Positions 45,401 to 55,551 of a stretch of DNA of 64,000 nucleotides are shown in pieces. A program made the position numbers and the translations under genes. How positions within the stretch are numbered: position 1 is the first letter of the stretch; every line of letters starts with the position of its first letter. This DNA is from a virus, in IMG/VR virus record IMGVR_UViG_3300048930_000242, positions 89,341 to 153,340 of that record; one strand, written 5' to 3'. The notes under the pieces are model-generated. The model was given only the letters and a program-made list of their open reading frames with translations, ran no database searches and had not been told where the DNA came from.

Positions 45401-46001
45401 AATGCCTCCAGAATGTCCTTGATGTCGAGACCAATTTCAGCCTCCGTTCTATCTCTTTCTTAGTGTGCTTCTTCTCGAAATCATCCAGGAAATCCAACCC
45501 TTCTTTCTTCCGGTCGGTCTGGCGCCAGAGCTTTCCGTTTGACCAGAATTTGACTCCTTTCGCTCCTTTACCGTCGGCTCCGAGAAATTTGAACTCTCCG
45601 TCATTCTCGTAGCACCAGAATCGGTCCATGTTGTTCATGATGAACGGAGCTATAGGATAGAAATGAAAAGCCAGTGGGAAAGCCCCAATCGACTTCGCCA
45701 CTGACTTCCATTCCTTTCCGTGCACTTGGTACTTCACATCCGAGGTGAAGTGGATCGAGTCCATGATATGGTGAGCCAACTCATGAGCCAGAATCTCTTT
45801 CACGAATGGCTCTGGCACATCTTTCATGATTCCTCGGTTCACGTAGATCATGCTCGGATAACAAATGCCGGCCCATGTCTCATACGAGGTCTTCATTTTC
45901 ACCAGAGTCCGAGGGACTCTCTTCTTGGTCTTCTTAGAGAAGTCCTCGGTCAGGTGGTCTACGAATTCTTGGGCTTCAGCCGTCGTTAGTCGATTTGGCA
46001 T
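45390..46001 (-). CDS. SprT-like zinc metalloprotease domain protein
   Basis: HELAH plus HGKEWK. Confidence 0.8.
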   Translation of the reverse strand: MPNRLTTAEAQEFVDHLTEDFSKKTKKRVPRTLVKMKTSYETWAGICYPSMIYVNRGIMKDVPEPFVKEILAHELAHHIMDSIHFTSDVKYQVHGKEWKSVAKSIGAFPLAFHFYPIAPFIMNNMDRFWCYENDGEFKFLGADGKGAKGVKFWSNGKLWRQTDRKKEGLDFLDDFEKKHTKKEIERRLKLVSTSRTFWRHYER

Positions 46002-46545
46002 CTCCTATGAACCCATTCCCTTCTTGATTTGGCCACCATGCAGGAACCGGAGAATGATTCCACTTGGCGAAGCGTGCTTTCGCTCCGATGTAGTATCTAC
46101 GGTAGGCCTCGACTGAATTTCCGGGAACCTTGAACTCATCAGGCATGCATTGCGGAGGATCAAGGAAACAACCGGAAGGGGTGAGTCGTGGATCAGCAGT
46201 CAATGGATCAAGAAACTGCTGGTAGAAATGAGTCTTCTTGTACCGGCGAGTGTATTCGCGAAGCATTTCATCAAAGTGCGTCAATAGCCAATCATAATGC
46301 TGGTGACTCTGGCGGACCCAAATCGCCGATGGATGATTGTGATGAGTGGCCTGCGGAATCTGAGTGTCTAGGTCGCCTTCAACAGCATACCTGGTCTTCG
46401 AACCAACAGCAACCGGCCAACCATCCAAGATTCGATGCGCCGTTGCCAGAAGCTGAGCGGACTCACGGATCATCTGGACGACATGTCGGTCACAGAGTGA
46501 CCGAGCGGCGGTGAACGGGTCCTTATCGAGGTAGAAGATGTTCAT
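45976..46545 (-). CDS. pyrimidine-dimer DNA glycosylase/DenV-like family protein
   Basis: MNIFYLD, CDRHVV.M..ESAQLL, THHNHP..IW, AYRRYY. Confidence 0.8.
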   Translation of the reverse strand: MNIFYLDKDPFTAARSLCDRHVVQMIRESAQLLATAHRILDGWPVAVGSKTRYAVEGDLDTQIPQATHHNHPSAIWVRQSHQHYDWLLTHFDEMLREYTRRYKKTHFYQQFLDPLTADPRLTPSGCFLDPPQCMPDEFKVPGNSVEAYRRYYIGAKARFAKWNHSPVPAWWPNQEGNGFIGDAKSTNDG

Positions 46546-46619
46546 TGCGAAACTCCTGGCTGGAAGAACAACGGCTAGGATGTCCTAGCCGTTGGAAGAC
46601 ATCATGATGATATTATACC

Positions 46620-46940
46620 TCAAACGCCGGTCTTCAGTCCATAGCCGGCCAGCACATCTGCGGAGCTTGACAGCACATCGGTCTCGGCCTCAAATTCCTT
46701 GAGATTCGACTTGTACTGGTGCTTCGCCAGATTCTTCGTGAACTTCTTCGGAACGTCCAACTCTTCCTGCATCCGATTCGCGACCTCGTTGATGAAATCC
46801 GACTCGGCCTGACGACGAATCAAAGAGTCCACAATTTCGTTCACTGCGTTCGCGATCGCCGTCCTGGACGATGGATCGGATGGAAGGACGAAGTCCTCAA
46901 GCTTGGTAGGGACCTTCTTTTCCTTTTTCTGTCGTGCCAT
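46620..46940 (-). CDS. dsDNA-binding protein (T4 DsbA-like)
   Basis: size, helical pattern ESDFINEV...PKKFTKNLAK. Confidence 0.65.
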   Translation of the reverse strand: MARQKKEKKVPTKLEDFVLPSDPSSRTAIANAVNEIVDSLIRRQAESDFINEVANRMQEELDVPKKFTKNLAKHQYKSNLKEFEAETDVLSSSADVLAGYGLKTGV

Positions 46941-46954
46941 AATCATCTCCTGTT

Positions 46955-47809
46955 CTAGAGTACCCGCTTCATTTGAAACGGATTGGTGAGTCCTCGTTTT
47001 GTTGCCTCTCGCAAGTAGCCAATCTGATTGGTGACTATTCTTCCGCCATAGGTTGACTCCGTTTCATCGTTGATGTGTGAGTGACCGTAGCACCAAATGA
47101 GTTCTCCGCCGGTCTTCGCATGGAAATTGAAGCACTCGTTGAGAAACTCATGGTTGATCGGAGGGTCGAAGTAAGGGTTGATGCTCGGGTAGATCGCTCG
47201 CTGCGATGGGTTCTCGACTGTGGCGAAATGTGTTCCGACCACCAGGTTCTTGGCGATATGATCTACAGCTTTCAGGCGTCCAGCTGCATTGATCATGCTC
47301 TCGGCGGACACCTCTCCGAGGAGTTCCATGTCGGACGCCGTCATTGGTAGTGCCAGATCTTCGCGCTCGGTCATGAAGGCCGGCAGATCGGTCTGATGCA
47401 TCAAGTAGTCGCCGGCGGACATCCTAGGCCAATTCGTAGCCAAGATAAAGGCAGTGTCGCCATGGAGGAAGGTCTCGGCCATATGGATCACTCTGGCGCA
47501 ATGACCAAGAAGATTCTCGAACCGCCAAGCTGAGTCTTCAAAGACGCCTCGGTAACACTCATGGTTCCCGATCACGAAATACACATGCCCGTATCGAGAC
47601 AGCCTCTCACAGACCGTCAGAAGCCACTCTTGTGACTTTTCGTTAGCTCGGTGTATGCCATTCAACGAATCACCTAGAATCAAGTAGACGTTCGCTCGGT
47701 CGGGATCCCAGAAATCCTGGACCTCAGGAAGCTCGTGACGCCATCCTTGAGCGGCCCAGAGGTCAACATGGATGTCCGAGATGATCCAAACGGCTGGGGT
47801 CTTGTTCAT
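46955..47809 (-). CDS. metallophosphoesterase
   Basis: SDIHVD, LGD, GNHE, TH, GHSH, NQIGY. Confidence 0.85.
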   Translation of the reverse strand: MNKTPAVWIISDIHVDLWAAQGWRHELPEVQDFWDPDRANVYLILGDSLNGIHRANEKSQEWLLTVCERLSRYGHVYFVIGNHECYRGVFEDSAWRFENLLGHCARVIHMAETFLHGDTAFILATNWPRMSAGDYLMHQTDLPAFMTEREDLALPMTASDMELLGEVSAESMINAAGRLKAVDHIAKNLVVGTHFATVENPSQRAIYPSINPYFDPPINHEFLNECFNFHAKTGGELIWCYGHSHINDETESTYGGRIVTNQIGYLREATKRGLTNPFQMKRVL

Positions 47810-47973
47810 TTAGGTGGCTCCATGTCGTGGACAGTCGCCGACATGTACCAGCTGCTTATCCTCTTCGTCTCGGCCTCGGCGCAAGCTTCGGCCTTCGTGA
47901 TGTCCGAGAACGGCCCAATGATACCGTCGATGAATTTGTCATGATTGTCAAAAATCACTACGCACCACATGAT

Positions 47974-48432
47974 CTACTTCCTCTTTGAGGGAACACCGGC
48001 CTTCGTGAGAGTCGCTTGGAACTCAAGCGCCGCCTTGACCTGAACGGCCTTCTCTTCGGCGGTGAAGCCAAGACGCATCTTGTGGCCGTATCCATAGGTG
48101 ATAGTCCATGCGACGTCTTTACGGCCGACAAACGACAGAATCCAGTTCTCGCGACTGATGTTCAGCTCGTCGCGGCGCATCGACTCGATCACCAGGAAAC
48201 ACGGCTTCATGAAAGACATATCGACATACACCATATCGCCGACCTTCAGCTCTTCAACCGGCTTGGAGCGAAGAGCGTTAAGGAACGCCTGAGCAGCTGC
48301 GCCGCGCTTGGTCAGCACATAGCCGGCGCCGTTACAGCCGTAGCATCGGGTCCCGTCCATCATGTTGAAGGAATACTTACCGCTTCCACCACAGCGACCG
48401 CAGGTTGCGTGTTCGAAGATCGGGGTACCCAT
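47974..48432 (-). CDS. zinc-finger hypothetical protein
   Basis: CGRCGGSG...CYGCNGAG. Confidence 0.7.
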   Translation of the reverse strand: MGTPIFEHATCGRCGGSGKYSFNMMDGTRCYGCNGAGYVLTKRGAAAQAFLNALRSKPVEELKVGDMVYVDMSFMKPCFLVIESMRRDELNISRENWILSFVGRKDVAWTITYGYGHKMRLGFTAEEKAVQVKAALEFQATLTKAGVPSKRK

Positions 48433-48460
48433 GACTTCCTCTCCTTCATCCTATGGTAGA

Positions 48461-48505
48461 ATTCTAACACAAGATGAAGGAGATGTCCAGCACTGAATTG
48501 TAAAC
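48461..48505 (-). promoter_or_regulatory. early-type promoter copy
   Basis: exact 22-mer, then N17-TAGAAT. Confidence 0.88.
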
Positions 48506-48509
48506 AATG

Positions 48510-49307
48510 TTACACCGCGATCGGAGCCTTGATGGCCGGATGAGGATCGTAACCGGCGATCAAGAAGTCCTCGAAGACGAAGTCGTCGATGTTCTTCCGC
48601 TCTGGGTTGATGATGAGTTGAGGAAGTGGCTTTGGATCACGCTCGAGTTGTGTCTTCACTTGATCGAAATGGTTCTTGTAGATGTGGACATCGCCGAAAG
48701 AAAGAACGAAGTCGCCAACATCAAGACCGCAGACCTGGGCGACCATATGTGTCAACAGCGCGTAAGATGCGATGTTAAACGGCACACCAAGAAACACATC
48801 AGCGCTACGCTGATACAGATGGCAAGAAAGCTTGCCGTTAGCCACATAGAACTGAAACAAGCAGTGGCAAGGAGCGAGAGCCATGTCATCAAGTTCATCG
48901 ACATTCCAAGCGGAAACGATCAATCGACGACAGTCCGGATTCGTTTTGATTCGTTCAATGACATTTTCGAGCTGATCGGTGTCTCCATACAATCCGCTCC
49001 AATTTCTCCATTGCTTTCCGTAAACTGGACCAAGTTCGCCATTCTCATCAGCCCATTCATCCCAGATATGAACTCCATTATCATTCAGGTACTTGATATT
49101 GGTGTCACCGGCGATGAACCAGAGAAGTTCATGAATCACACCCTTCATGAACATTTTCTTGGTGGTCACCAATGGAAACCCATCGCTCAAATTGAATCGA
49201 AGTTGCCGACCAAAGACAGAACGAGTTCCGGTTCCAGTTCGGTCACTCTTATCGACGCCATTTGTCATGATGTCTTGAAGCAACTCAAGATACTGATGCA
49301 TCTTCAA
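48510..49307 (-). CDS. thyA: thymidylate synthase
   Basis: [36 protein letters not shown]. Confidence 0.98.
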   Translation of the reverse strand: MKMHQYLELLQDIMTNGVDKSDRTGTGTRSVFGRQLRFNLSDGFPLVTTKKMFMKGVIHELLWFIAGDTNIKYLNDNGVHIWDEWADENGELGPVYGKQWRNWSGLYGDTDQLENVIERIKTNPDCRRLIVSAWNVDELDDMALAPCHCLFQFYVANGKLSCHLYQRSADVFLGVPFNIASYALLTHMVAQVCGLDVGDFVLSFGDVHIYKNHFDQVKTQLERDPKPLPQLIINPERKNIDDFVFEDFLIAGYDPHPAIKAPIAV

Positions 49308-50070
49308 GTCTCCTAATCACTTTGATTGTCTCGGCCAAGGCCAAAGATTTGATCTTCTTGAATTCACCTGGGTCAACGAAGAATAACTGAGCGTCTTCTC
49401 CGGATTCGTTGGTCGCTATAATCAAGGCTCCGTCGGTGATCACTCCAGCGGTCTCTTCTATCGCAATGGAATACAGCGCGGTCTGGAAGAAAGCTTGGAG
49501 CATGTCCTCACGGTCTTTCGGACGACCGTAGTTCTTGAAGTCGATAACCGACCTCGAGATTGGACCGGAAGGGAACTTCACATAACCAATGGCGTCAGCA
49601 GTTCCAGCGAATCCGAGAGAAGATTTGACCTGAATCTCGGCGGCGATGAATGAATACACATGCTTCTGGATTGCTCTGGTCGCCTGAAGGAAGAGATTTT
49701 GATAGAGTCGATTGTCGGCCAAACCGGTGATCTCTTCTTTCTTGATCCATTGCTCTAAAGCCAGATGAACTGCGGTGCCGCGGATAGCACCTTTGTTTGT
49801 AGCTGTCTTGGCCGCCGCTTCACCCATATAGGCGGTCCAGCCGGCCAAGAAATCGGCCTTATTGAATCGCTCCATCTCGGAGAGAAGCGAAGTGACGGAG
49901 ATGTAGGCTTTTCCGTTCGAGTCCAAGTATCTCCGTGGACCAGTCTCTGAATCCACACGAGTGATCTTCGCAATGGTCGATTGGTTGACCCAGTTCTTAT
50001 CGATAGGTGGTGCTGGAGGAGCTTTGAACTCCTCCAGCATTTTCCGCTTCATGGCAAGGAACGAACTCAC
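49285..50070 (-). CDS. PD-(D/E)XK exonuclease
   Basis: SVTSLL, RGTAVH, AGTAD, IDFK, Q..LY. Confidence 0.82.
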   Translation of the reverse strand: MSSFLAMKRKMLEEFKAPPAPPIDKNWVNQSTIAKITRVDSETGPRRYLDSNGKAYISVTSLLSEMERFNKADFLAGWTAYMGEAAAKTATNKGAIRGTAVHLALEQWIKKEEITGLADNRLYQNLFLQATRAIQKHVYSFIAAEIQVKSSLGFAGTADAIGYVKFPSGPISRSVIDFKNYGRPKDREDMLQAFFQTALYSIAIEETAGVITDGALIIATNESGEDAQLFFVDPGEFKKIKSLALAETIKVIRRLEDASVS

Positions 50071-50519
50071 AGAGGAGACGGTTCCAACAACGATGGATCG
50101 ACTTTCACGGCTCTTCGAGCGGCTTCTTCAAGGACTCCGGCGATATCTGGGCCTCTCCAACCCGGTGGCTTGATGACGTCGCCGACATATCCACGCTTGG
50201 ACTCGGCGGCTGTCTTGGCTCTCTCCTTGGTCATGTTCGAGCGCTGGACTTCGGCCCAACCCTCTTCCCACGGGAATCCTTGAAGATCGGCCGTTCCGAT
50301 GGCCACGTAGACGAGGTCCAGCAGAGCGTCGAATTGCTTCTCCAGATCGCCAGTCTCTACCGCATGCTTGTACTCGTCGAGCTCTTCCTGGAGGAACTTG
50401 ATTCGGAAATCATAGAGCTCCTTGTTCAAACTCGATGGAGCATCTGGGCGTGGATGGCCGAACTTTGCATGGAACATCCGAAGATCGAACACCATTTGAT
50501 TATGATCTTGCTTTTGCAT
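50067..50519 (-). CDS. MazG-like/PRA-PH NTP pyrophosphohydrolase
   Basis: EELDE, DALLDLVYV, EVQRSNMTK, KPPGW. Confidence 0.88.
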   Translation of the reverse strand: MQKQDHNQMVFDLRMFHAKFGHPRPDAPSSLNKELYDFRIKFLQEELDEYKHAVETGDLEKQFDALLDLVYVAIGTADLQGFPWEEGWAEVQRSNMTKERAKTAAESKRGYVGDVIKPPGWRGPDIAGVLEEAARRAVKVDPSLLEPSPL

Positions 50520-50532
50520 TATGTCTCCTTGA

Positions 50533-50787
50533 TTACCAACTCACGAAAAATTGCTCGTCGAACTCTTCCCAGAGCCAATTGATCAACTCAGCTTCTTCTT
50601 TGGTGAAATTGTCATTATCCTCCGGATCAGGCAACCAAAAGACTGATCCGTTAGAAGGAGGATCGATATTACAAATGGTTGACCAGAGATCCTCGACAAC
50701 CTTTCGCTTAAATCCTCCTACTTCAATAGCGTACTCAGTGCAATCACGCCAATCAAAATAGCCTGGACGACGAATCGGCTTTTTCAT
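50533..50787 (-). CDS. hypothetical protein
   Basis: ORF in operon. Confidence 0.6.
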   Translation of the reverse strand: MKKPIRRPGYFDWRDCTEYAIEVGGFKRKVVEDLWSTICNIDPPSNGSVFWLPDPEDNDNFTKEEAELINWLWEEFDEQFFVSW

Positions 50788-50789
50788 GG

Positions 50790-51164
50790 TCAGTTCACCA
50801 GAATCTTCGGCTCTCCACGAGCACCAGCCGGAGCAAGCACCCGGCGTTGACCGGTGTTTTCCATGTAGGCTTGAACCAGGTTGTCCGGCACCGATGCCAC
50901 TGTGATGGTATGCGGCATCAATTCGGCGAGTTCATAGTTGTCATCCGACGAGATCACCCATGGGAGGAAATGAACTCCGCCTTGAGGAGCGATCGCCAGC
51001 ATGATCGGCTTGGTCAGCCATTGCGGTTGACCGGAGAGTCCAGAGTTCGTCACCACGCCCATAATGAATTCACCGGTGACCAACTTCAGGCCGACCACCG
51101 AGTCCGAGTTCTTGTCGGACACTTCCTTGACACGCTCTAACAAGTTCACTTTGCGCTCCTTCAT
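50790..51164 (-). CDS. conserved T4-like hypothetical (Sm-like) protein
   Basis: LKLVTGE.I, PW, Y..NTG pattern. Confidence 0.7.
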   Translation of the reverse strand: MKERKVNLLERVKEVSDKNSDSVVGLKLVTGEFIMGVVTNSGLSGQPQWLTKPIMLAIAPQGGVHFLPWVISSDDNYELAELMPHTITVASVPDNLVQAYMENTGQRRVLAPAGARGEPKILVN

Positions 51165-51211
51165 AGCTAGATGTTACATTATACCACTTTCAAAAGACGG
51201 AGTCCACTAGT

Positions 51212-51577
51212 TTACCACCGGCGACCCCAATAGAGCTCAACCTGAACTCGGTCATGACTTCGATAACCTCGTCCGTAGCCATTGTAGTAACCGAAGCGAA
51301 CTCCTCGATTGTACCGAGGAGCGTAGTAAGGATTCGGACGGTAGCCGTTCACGCAGCAGTATCCGTCTCGAGCATAAGGACCGACTTCATACCTTCGCCC
51401 GGTGTACACTCGATCACAGACGGTTTCTACCTGCTGGTAGCGTGGATTCCAAACCTGCTCGCAACGAGTTTCATACTCGGCGAACTCATTTTGGTAATGC
51501 TCTGCGAAAGCGGGCTGAGCGAACATGCTCAGAACGAAAACAACCACCGCCAACATCTTAGAAAGGGCCGACATCAC
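51212..51577 (-). CDS. putative secreted protein
   Basis: signal peptide ending AFA; Arg/Tyr/Gly-rich. Confidence 0.6.
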   Translation of the reverse strand: MMSALSKMLAVVVFVLSMFAQPAFAEHYQNEFAEYETRCEQVWNPRYQQVETVCDRVYTGRRYEVGPYARDGYCCVNGYRPNPYYAPRYNRGVRFGYYNGYGRGYRSHDRVQVELYWGRRW

Positions 51578-52955
51578 TTCTCACCTCCACGAAAATCGGA
51601 AGAAACAGGGAACGAGGTCCATCACCCTTTGAGGAGATGATCTCGTTGTACTTGACGTTCACTACCTGACCGATCGGTTGGTTCTTCCAGAACTCTTCTC
51701 GCTCGGCGTCATCGAATCCAGAACCGACATTAAACTCGATCGGACCATCTTTGTCTTCTGCTCGACAGATGAGGGCTCCGAGCTTTCCTTCATACTTGCC
51801 GGTGCCTTCCTGGACTCCGACGATGACGGCATCCATCTCGAGTTCGGCCTTCATCTTGAGCTGCCACTTCGGACGAGCATTCTTCCAGATGCCGTTCACC
51901 GACTTCAAGATGATGCCTTCGTTTCCGTTCGCCAGCTCTTCGTTGAAGAGGGTCATGGCATCGCGGTGATTGTTCACCAGCTCGGTCTTCACAACGGTGA
52001 CCAAGTCAAGACCGGAGGCGTCGTTGGCCGCTTGGACAGCGGTCTTCAAGAAGGATAGCCGGTCGGCATAGCGAGCCTTCCATTCGCCTTCCCAGAAACT
52101 CTGGAGGAGAATGATGTCCCAGACCACGAATCGAACTCGGTTCCGCTCTTCCGGAGTAGAGGTGCCGCGGATCAGACGGGTGAGGACACCATTACCTTCC
52201 TTTCGAGTGACTGGCTTGCCGTCCTTGTTGACAACCAGCATCTCGCCGTCCAACACGAAACCTCCACCTTGAGCTGGACACTTTGCTCCGACGTCGAACA
52301 GAATGTAGTTCGACAGAGCGGCCGGATCGTCCTCAAAAGAGTTTCCGTTCCGAGTGAAGTAGTTGACGGTTCCGTTGCCGACCACTGCGGCGACTCGCAT
52401 GCCATCCATCTTGGTCTGGGCGATCGCCGGGAACTCGAAGTTCTCGAGTTTCTCTTTGTCGAAGGCAGAGCAAAGCATGACTGGGAACTCAGGGATGATT
52501 TCTCCGAGCTTCACCGCCTTTGCCGCCTTGTTGATCAGGCCGCCGGAGACTCCACAGCCAAGGTCGCGCTGGACGATCCTGGAGATGAACTCGGCATCCT
52601 GCGGCTCGGCGATCTCCAAGATGTTCCGGAGCTTCTCGACGGCCGCCGATCCGGTGACAAGCCGGTTGTAGAAAAGCTTGAGGTCGTCCAAGATCCGAAC
52701 GCAATGGTAGGCGCTCGCCTTGGCCGGAATGTAGTCAGGAATCTGGCGGATGTAGAACTTGATCCGTGGAGAGTAGCAGAGTTCAACTCCCTTACGGAAG
52801 CCGGCATTCTCGACCAGAGCCTTCTTGAGGATCTCGACTTTGTCGTTGCTCGAAGGAGTCGCCTCAAGCTCATCCACGATCTCGATTGGGAAGCGCTTGC
52901 CGTAGCTCAACTTTCCGTAGACGGATGGGTCGAGCGTGATGTGCTTATAGTTCAT
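51558..52955 (-). CDS. ATP-dependent DNA ligase (T4 gp30-like)
   Basis: KMDGMR, LDGE, VWD, EGIILK, KMK, SLFLPIF. Confidence 0.95.
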   Translation of the reverse strand: MNYKHITLDPSVYGKLSYGKRFPIEIVDELEATPSSNDKVEILKKALVENAGFRKGVELCYSPRIKFYIRQIPDYIPAKASAYHCVRILDDLKLFYNRLVTGSAAVEKLRNILEIAEPQDAEFISRIVQRDLGCGVSGGLINKAAKAVKLGEIIPEFPVMLCSAFDKEKLENFEFPAIAQTKMDGMRVAAVVGNGTVNYFTRNGNSFEDDPAALSNYILFDVGAKCPAQGGGFVLDGEMLVVNKDGKPVTRKEGNGVLTRLIRGTSTPEERNRVRFVVWDIILLQSFWEGEWKARYADRLSFLKTAVQAANDASGLDLVTVVKTELVNNHRDAMTLFNEELANGNEGIILKSVNGIWKNARPKWQLKMKAELEMDAVIVGVQEGTGKYEGKLGALICRAEDKDGPIEFNVGSGFDDAEREEFWKNQPIGQVVNVKYNEIISSKGDGPRSLFLPIFVEVRSDVGPF

Positions 52956-52965
52956 TCTGAGGACC

Positions 52966-53967
52966 TCACTTGATGAAGAGTTCAATGTTCTGAAGGTGGC
53001 GGTTCATGCCGTTCTGCGCAAAATATCTATAGAGTGACTCTTTCCGGCTCTGGAGGGTCGTTAACGAGTCGTTAACAGCCTCGGCGATCTTCGGAGAAAG
53101 CACCGGAGGAAGGTTCCGACAGCCACGGAGGTCGATCAACTCCATGTTCAGAGCGAACCGAGCACCAGCTTGAGTCTTGATGATGCCAGTGAAGAGATGA
53201 TCGCCAGGAGTCACAGCTGCATGAAGAATCCCGAGCTGCTTCTCGGTCATCGGCTTCTGGCGCTTCTCCTTGACGGCAAAGGTGTCTTCGGCCGAGAGCA
53301 CATTCGGGATGCCATCTCCGCCATCTCCACGGAGAACCAGGTCGAGGACATAGGCCGACTGCTGCTCGACGGTCTTGAATTGGAACCACTTCTTCTCGGC
53401 CGAGCCATGGACCGGAGCCAAGGAATGAACTCGACCGATCGCCAGCTGCTTGATGTCCTTGTCGGCCGAGACCAAGACCACATCGGTGAACTGGCCATAC
53501 TCGGCGGCAAACCAGGCGCAGATGTCGTCGGCCTCACAACGTGGAACCTTGACCGAGATGAACGGATAATGAGCGGACGCCTCGGAGGTCAATTGATCAA
53601 AGCACTCGTAACAACGAGACTTGAACGCAACTTCTTGCTCAGAGGCGTCTGGGTCTTTCTGCTTCCGTGACCACTTGTAATAGTCGAAGATCTCGTTTCG
53701 CCAAGATCCGGCGTCATGAGCCAAGACGGTCGTCACCTTCCTGTCTGGGAACTTCGCACGGACCTTCTTCAGGTAGTCCATGATGGAGTTCAAGGCGACA
53801 TGACGGAGCAAGTCGATCGAGACGTCCTCGGCTCGCTTGATGGAACTGTCGGAATAGATGGTCCGGAACAAGATGTTACTCAGGTCCACCACCATGTAGA
53901 CTGGCAGGTCTTCGACCTGCTGCTCCGCAGTCTGTTTGCTTGCTCCAAACCATTCTTCTAGGCTCAT
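52966..53967 (-). CDS. rnh: T4-type RNase H / 5'-3' exonuclease
   Basis: DLSN, SWR, YK, EADD, SADKD, GDGGDGIPN. Confidence 0.9.
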   Translation of the reverse strand: MSLEEWFGASKQTAEQQVEDLPVYMVVDLSNILFRTIYSDSSIKRAEDVSIDLLRHVALNSIMDYLKKVRAKFPDRKVTTVLAHDAGSWRNEIFDYYKWSRKQKDPDASEQEVAFKSRCYECFDQLTSEASAHYPFISVKVPRCEADDICAWFAAEYGQFTDVVLVSADKDIKQLAIGRVHSLAPVHGSAEKKWFQFKTVEQQSAYVLDLVLRGDGGDGIPNVLSAEDTFAVKEKRQKPMTEKQLGILHAAVTPGDHLFTGIIKTQAGARFALNMELIDLRGCRNLPPVLSPKIAEAVNDSLTTLQSRKESLYRYFAQNGMNRHLQNIELFIK

Positions 53968-54037
53968 GATTAGGTATGTTACTCCGGTCTGTAGTGTACT
54001 CTTTTATTGTACCCTAGATGAGGGCCCTTGTCCAGCT

Positions 54038-54259
54038 TTATTTTGTAACAGTGTGTAACCGTTCGTTTTGGCGCTTCTCAATGAACGCCTCAAGATCGTC
54101 GAGGACTGAAGTCCCGATGGTTGTGGCGGCATCGGTTCGGCTGAGGCCATAAATTCGAAATGAGTCAAATGCCTCGAGCGGAATAGCCATAGTGATTTGA
54201 TACATCGGCTCATACGTCACTTCGTTTGTAACAATGTCAATTTTAGCTCGATTGTTCAT
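54038..54259 (-). CDS. hypothetical protein
   Basis: ORF in operon. Confidence 0.5.
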   Translation of the reverse strand: MNNRAKIDIVTNEVTYEPMYQITMAIPLEAFDSFRIYGLSRTDAATTIGTSVLDDLEAFIEKRQNERLHTVTK

Positions 54260-54266
54260 GATGATC

Positions 54267-54803
54267 CTAACGGTAGAAGATGTGGTTGTCGATGCGTGCC
54301 GTTCGCTCGAACTTCCAATTAGGATTCACCGCAACTGAGTGGAAGTAGATGGCTCCGTCGGTGATGTCGTCAATTCGGTCGTTCATCAAGAAAAGCCGAG
54401 CCTCTCGTTCCATCTTGTCGTAGAGTTTCATGTCCTTCGGAATGTCCGATCGACCATCGCATGTCCAAGAGAAGGCGCATTTCCGGCTTCGATTGTTCGC
54501 GCCGGACATCACGACCTCGCAGATCGTGTGGCCTGGGAACTCTGTGGACTCGGCTCGATTCTTGACAACGTTCATCACGGCCAAGCGGCCGACACGAGAC
54601 TCGCCACGAGCCTCATGGTACAGATTGAGAGCCAGACACATCACTTCGCGATCGTCTGGGTATTGGATTGGGTTCTCCACAACGAGAACTGTTGATGCTT
54701 CGGCCGGTTCGATGATCTTTGGAACAAGTGCTGACTTCATCAGAATCGGGGTTAGGAGGCCGGCTAGAAGCCCGCCTAGGAACACGAGAGTATGTTTGGT
54801 CAT
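54267..54803 (-). CDS. cell wall hydrolase (SleB/Hydrolase_2)
   Basis: CLALNLYHEARGE, FSW, TDGAIYFH, IDNHIFY; N-terminal TM. Confidence 0.92.
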   Translation of the reverse strand: MTKHTLVFLGGLLAGLLTPILMKSALVPKIIEPAEASTVLVVENPIQYPDDREVMCLALNLYHEARGESRVGRLAVMNVVKNRAESTEFPGHTICEVVMSGANNRSRKCAFSWTCDGRSDIPKDMKLYDKMEREARLFLMNDRIDDITDGAIYFHSVAVNPNWKFERTARIDNHIFYR

Positions 54804-54880
54804 TGGCCTATTCCCTAAATGAAGAACGGCCTAGGTGTGATCCTAAGCCGTTCTAGAACGGTCTACATGGCGTAGAGGCG

Positions 54881-55114
54881 TTATGCCGAGACGAGAGTGC
54901 CGTCGGCTGCCGGAACAACTCCGCAACGACGGATCTCATTGCGAGCCGTCTTCCATGCGGACTTGAGCAAAGTCTGCTGCTTCACAGTGCGTGCATCTTC
55001 ATCGGTGGCGTTCCACTCTTCGAGCAGACCGGCGAGAACTCCGAGGACCGGGACCGCATTGGTCTCGAACTTACGGACCTGCTTCTCGCTGACGCCAAAG
55101 GTTGCTTCGCTCAT
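54881..55114 (-). CDS. hypothetical protein
   Basis: promoter copy and GAGG RBS. Confidence 0.6.
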   Translation of the reverse strand: MSEATFGVSEKQVRKFETNAVPVLGVLAGLLEEWNATDEDARTVKQQTLLKSAWKTARNEIRRCGVVPAADGTLVSA

Positions 55115-55157
55115 GATCATTTCCTCTTCAGTGTGGTTGGTAGTTGGTACATTGACA

Positions 55158-55202
55158 ATATTACCATCATGGACGATGGATGTCCAGCACTGAATTGTAA
55201 AC
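55158..55202 (-). promoter_or_regulatory. early-type promoter copy
   Basis: exact 22-mer, then N17-TAATAT. Confidence 0.85.
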
Positions 55203-55206
55203 TATG

Positions 55207-55551
55207 TTACACTTGAGCTCGCTTGAAGGCCGCCCACTCTTCATAGAGCTTCCTGTGAGCGTCGGTCTTGAAGATCGCGATGGCATCTCCATGGGTGATC
55301 CGCTGTCCGGTCAGCTCGGATTTCATTGCCGAGACCGAGTGAAGCTTGTCCTTGATCTGTTCCCAGGTGGCCACAAATGGCTTTGGCTTCACTACTGTGA
55401 CTGGGGCCGCAGCGGTCTCATCTTCCCTTTCAGCAACTTTCAAAAGTTCGCTAATGATCTCTTGATCAATTTCATTGATAATCTGCTGTTGCTGAAACGC
55501 GGCAGCCTGAACCTCTTTTTCGTCAAAGTACTTCTTCTTTGCCATTCTCAA
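55207..55551 (-). CDS. hypothetical protein
   Basis: ORF in operon. Confidence 0.6.
   Translation of the reverse strand: MRMAKKKYFDEKEVQAAAFQQQQIINEIDQEIISELLKVAEREDETAAAPVTVVKPKPFVATWEQIKDKLHSVSAMKSELTGQRITHGDAIAIFKTDAHRKLYEEWAAFKRAQV

Noticed and set aside
27759-55202. The repeated 22-mer as a CRISPR repeat or att site
   Set aside because: Copies are kilobases apart and always 17 nt from a -10 hexamer upstream of a gene; no cas or integrase gene is present.
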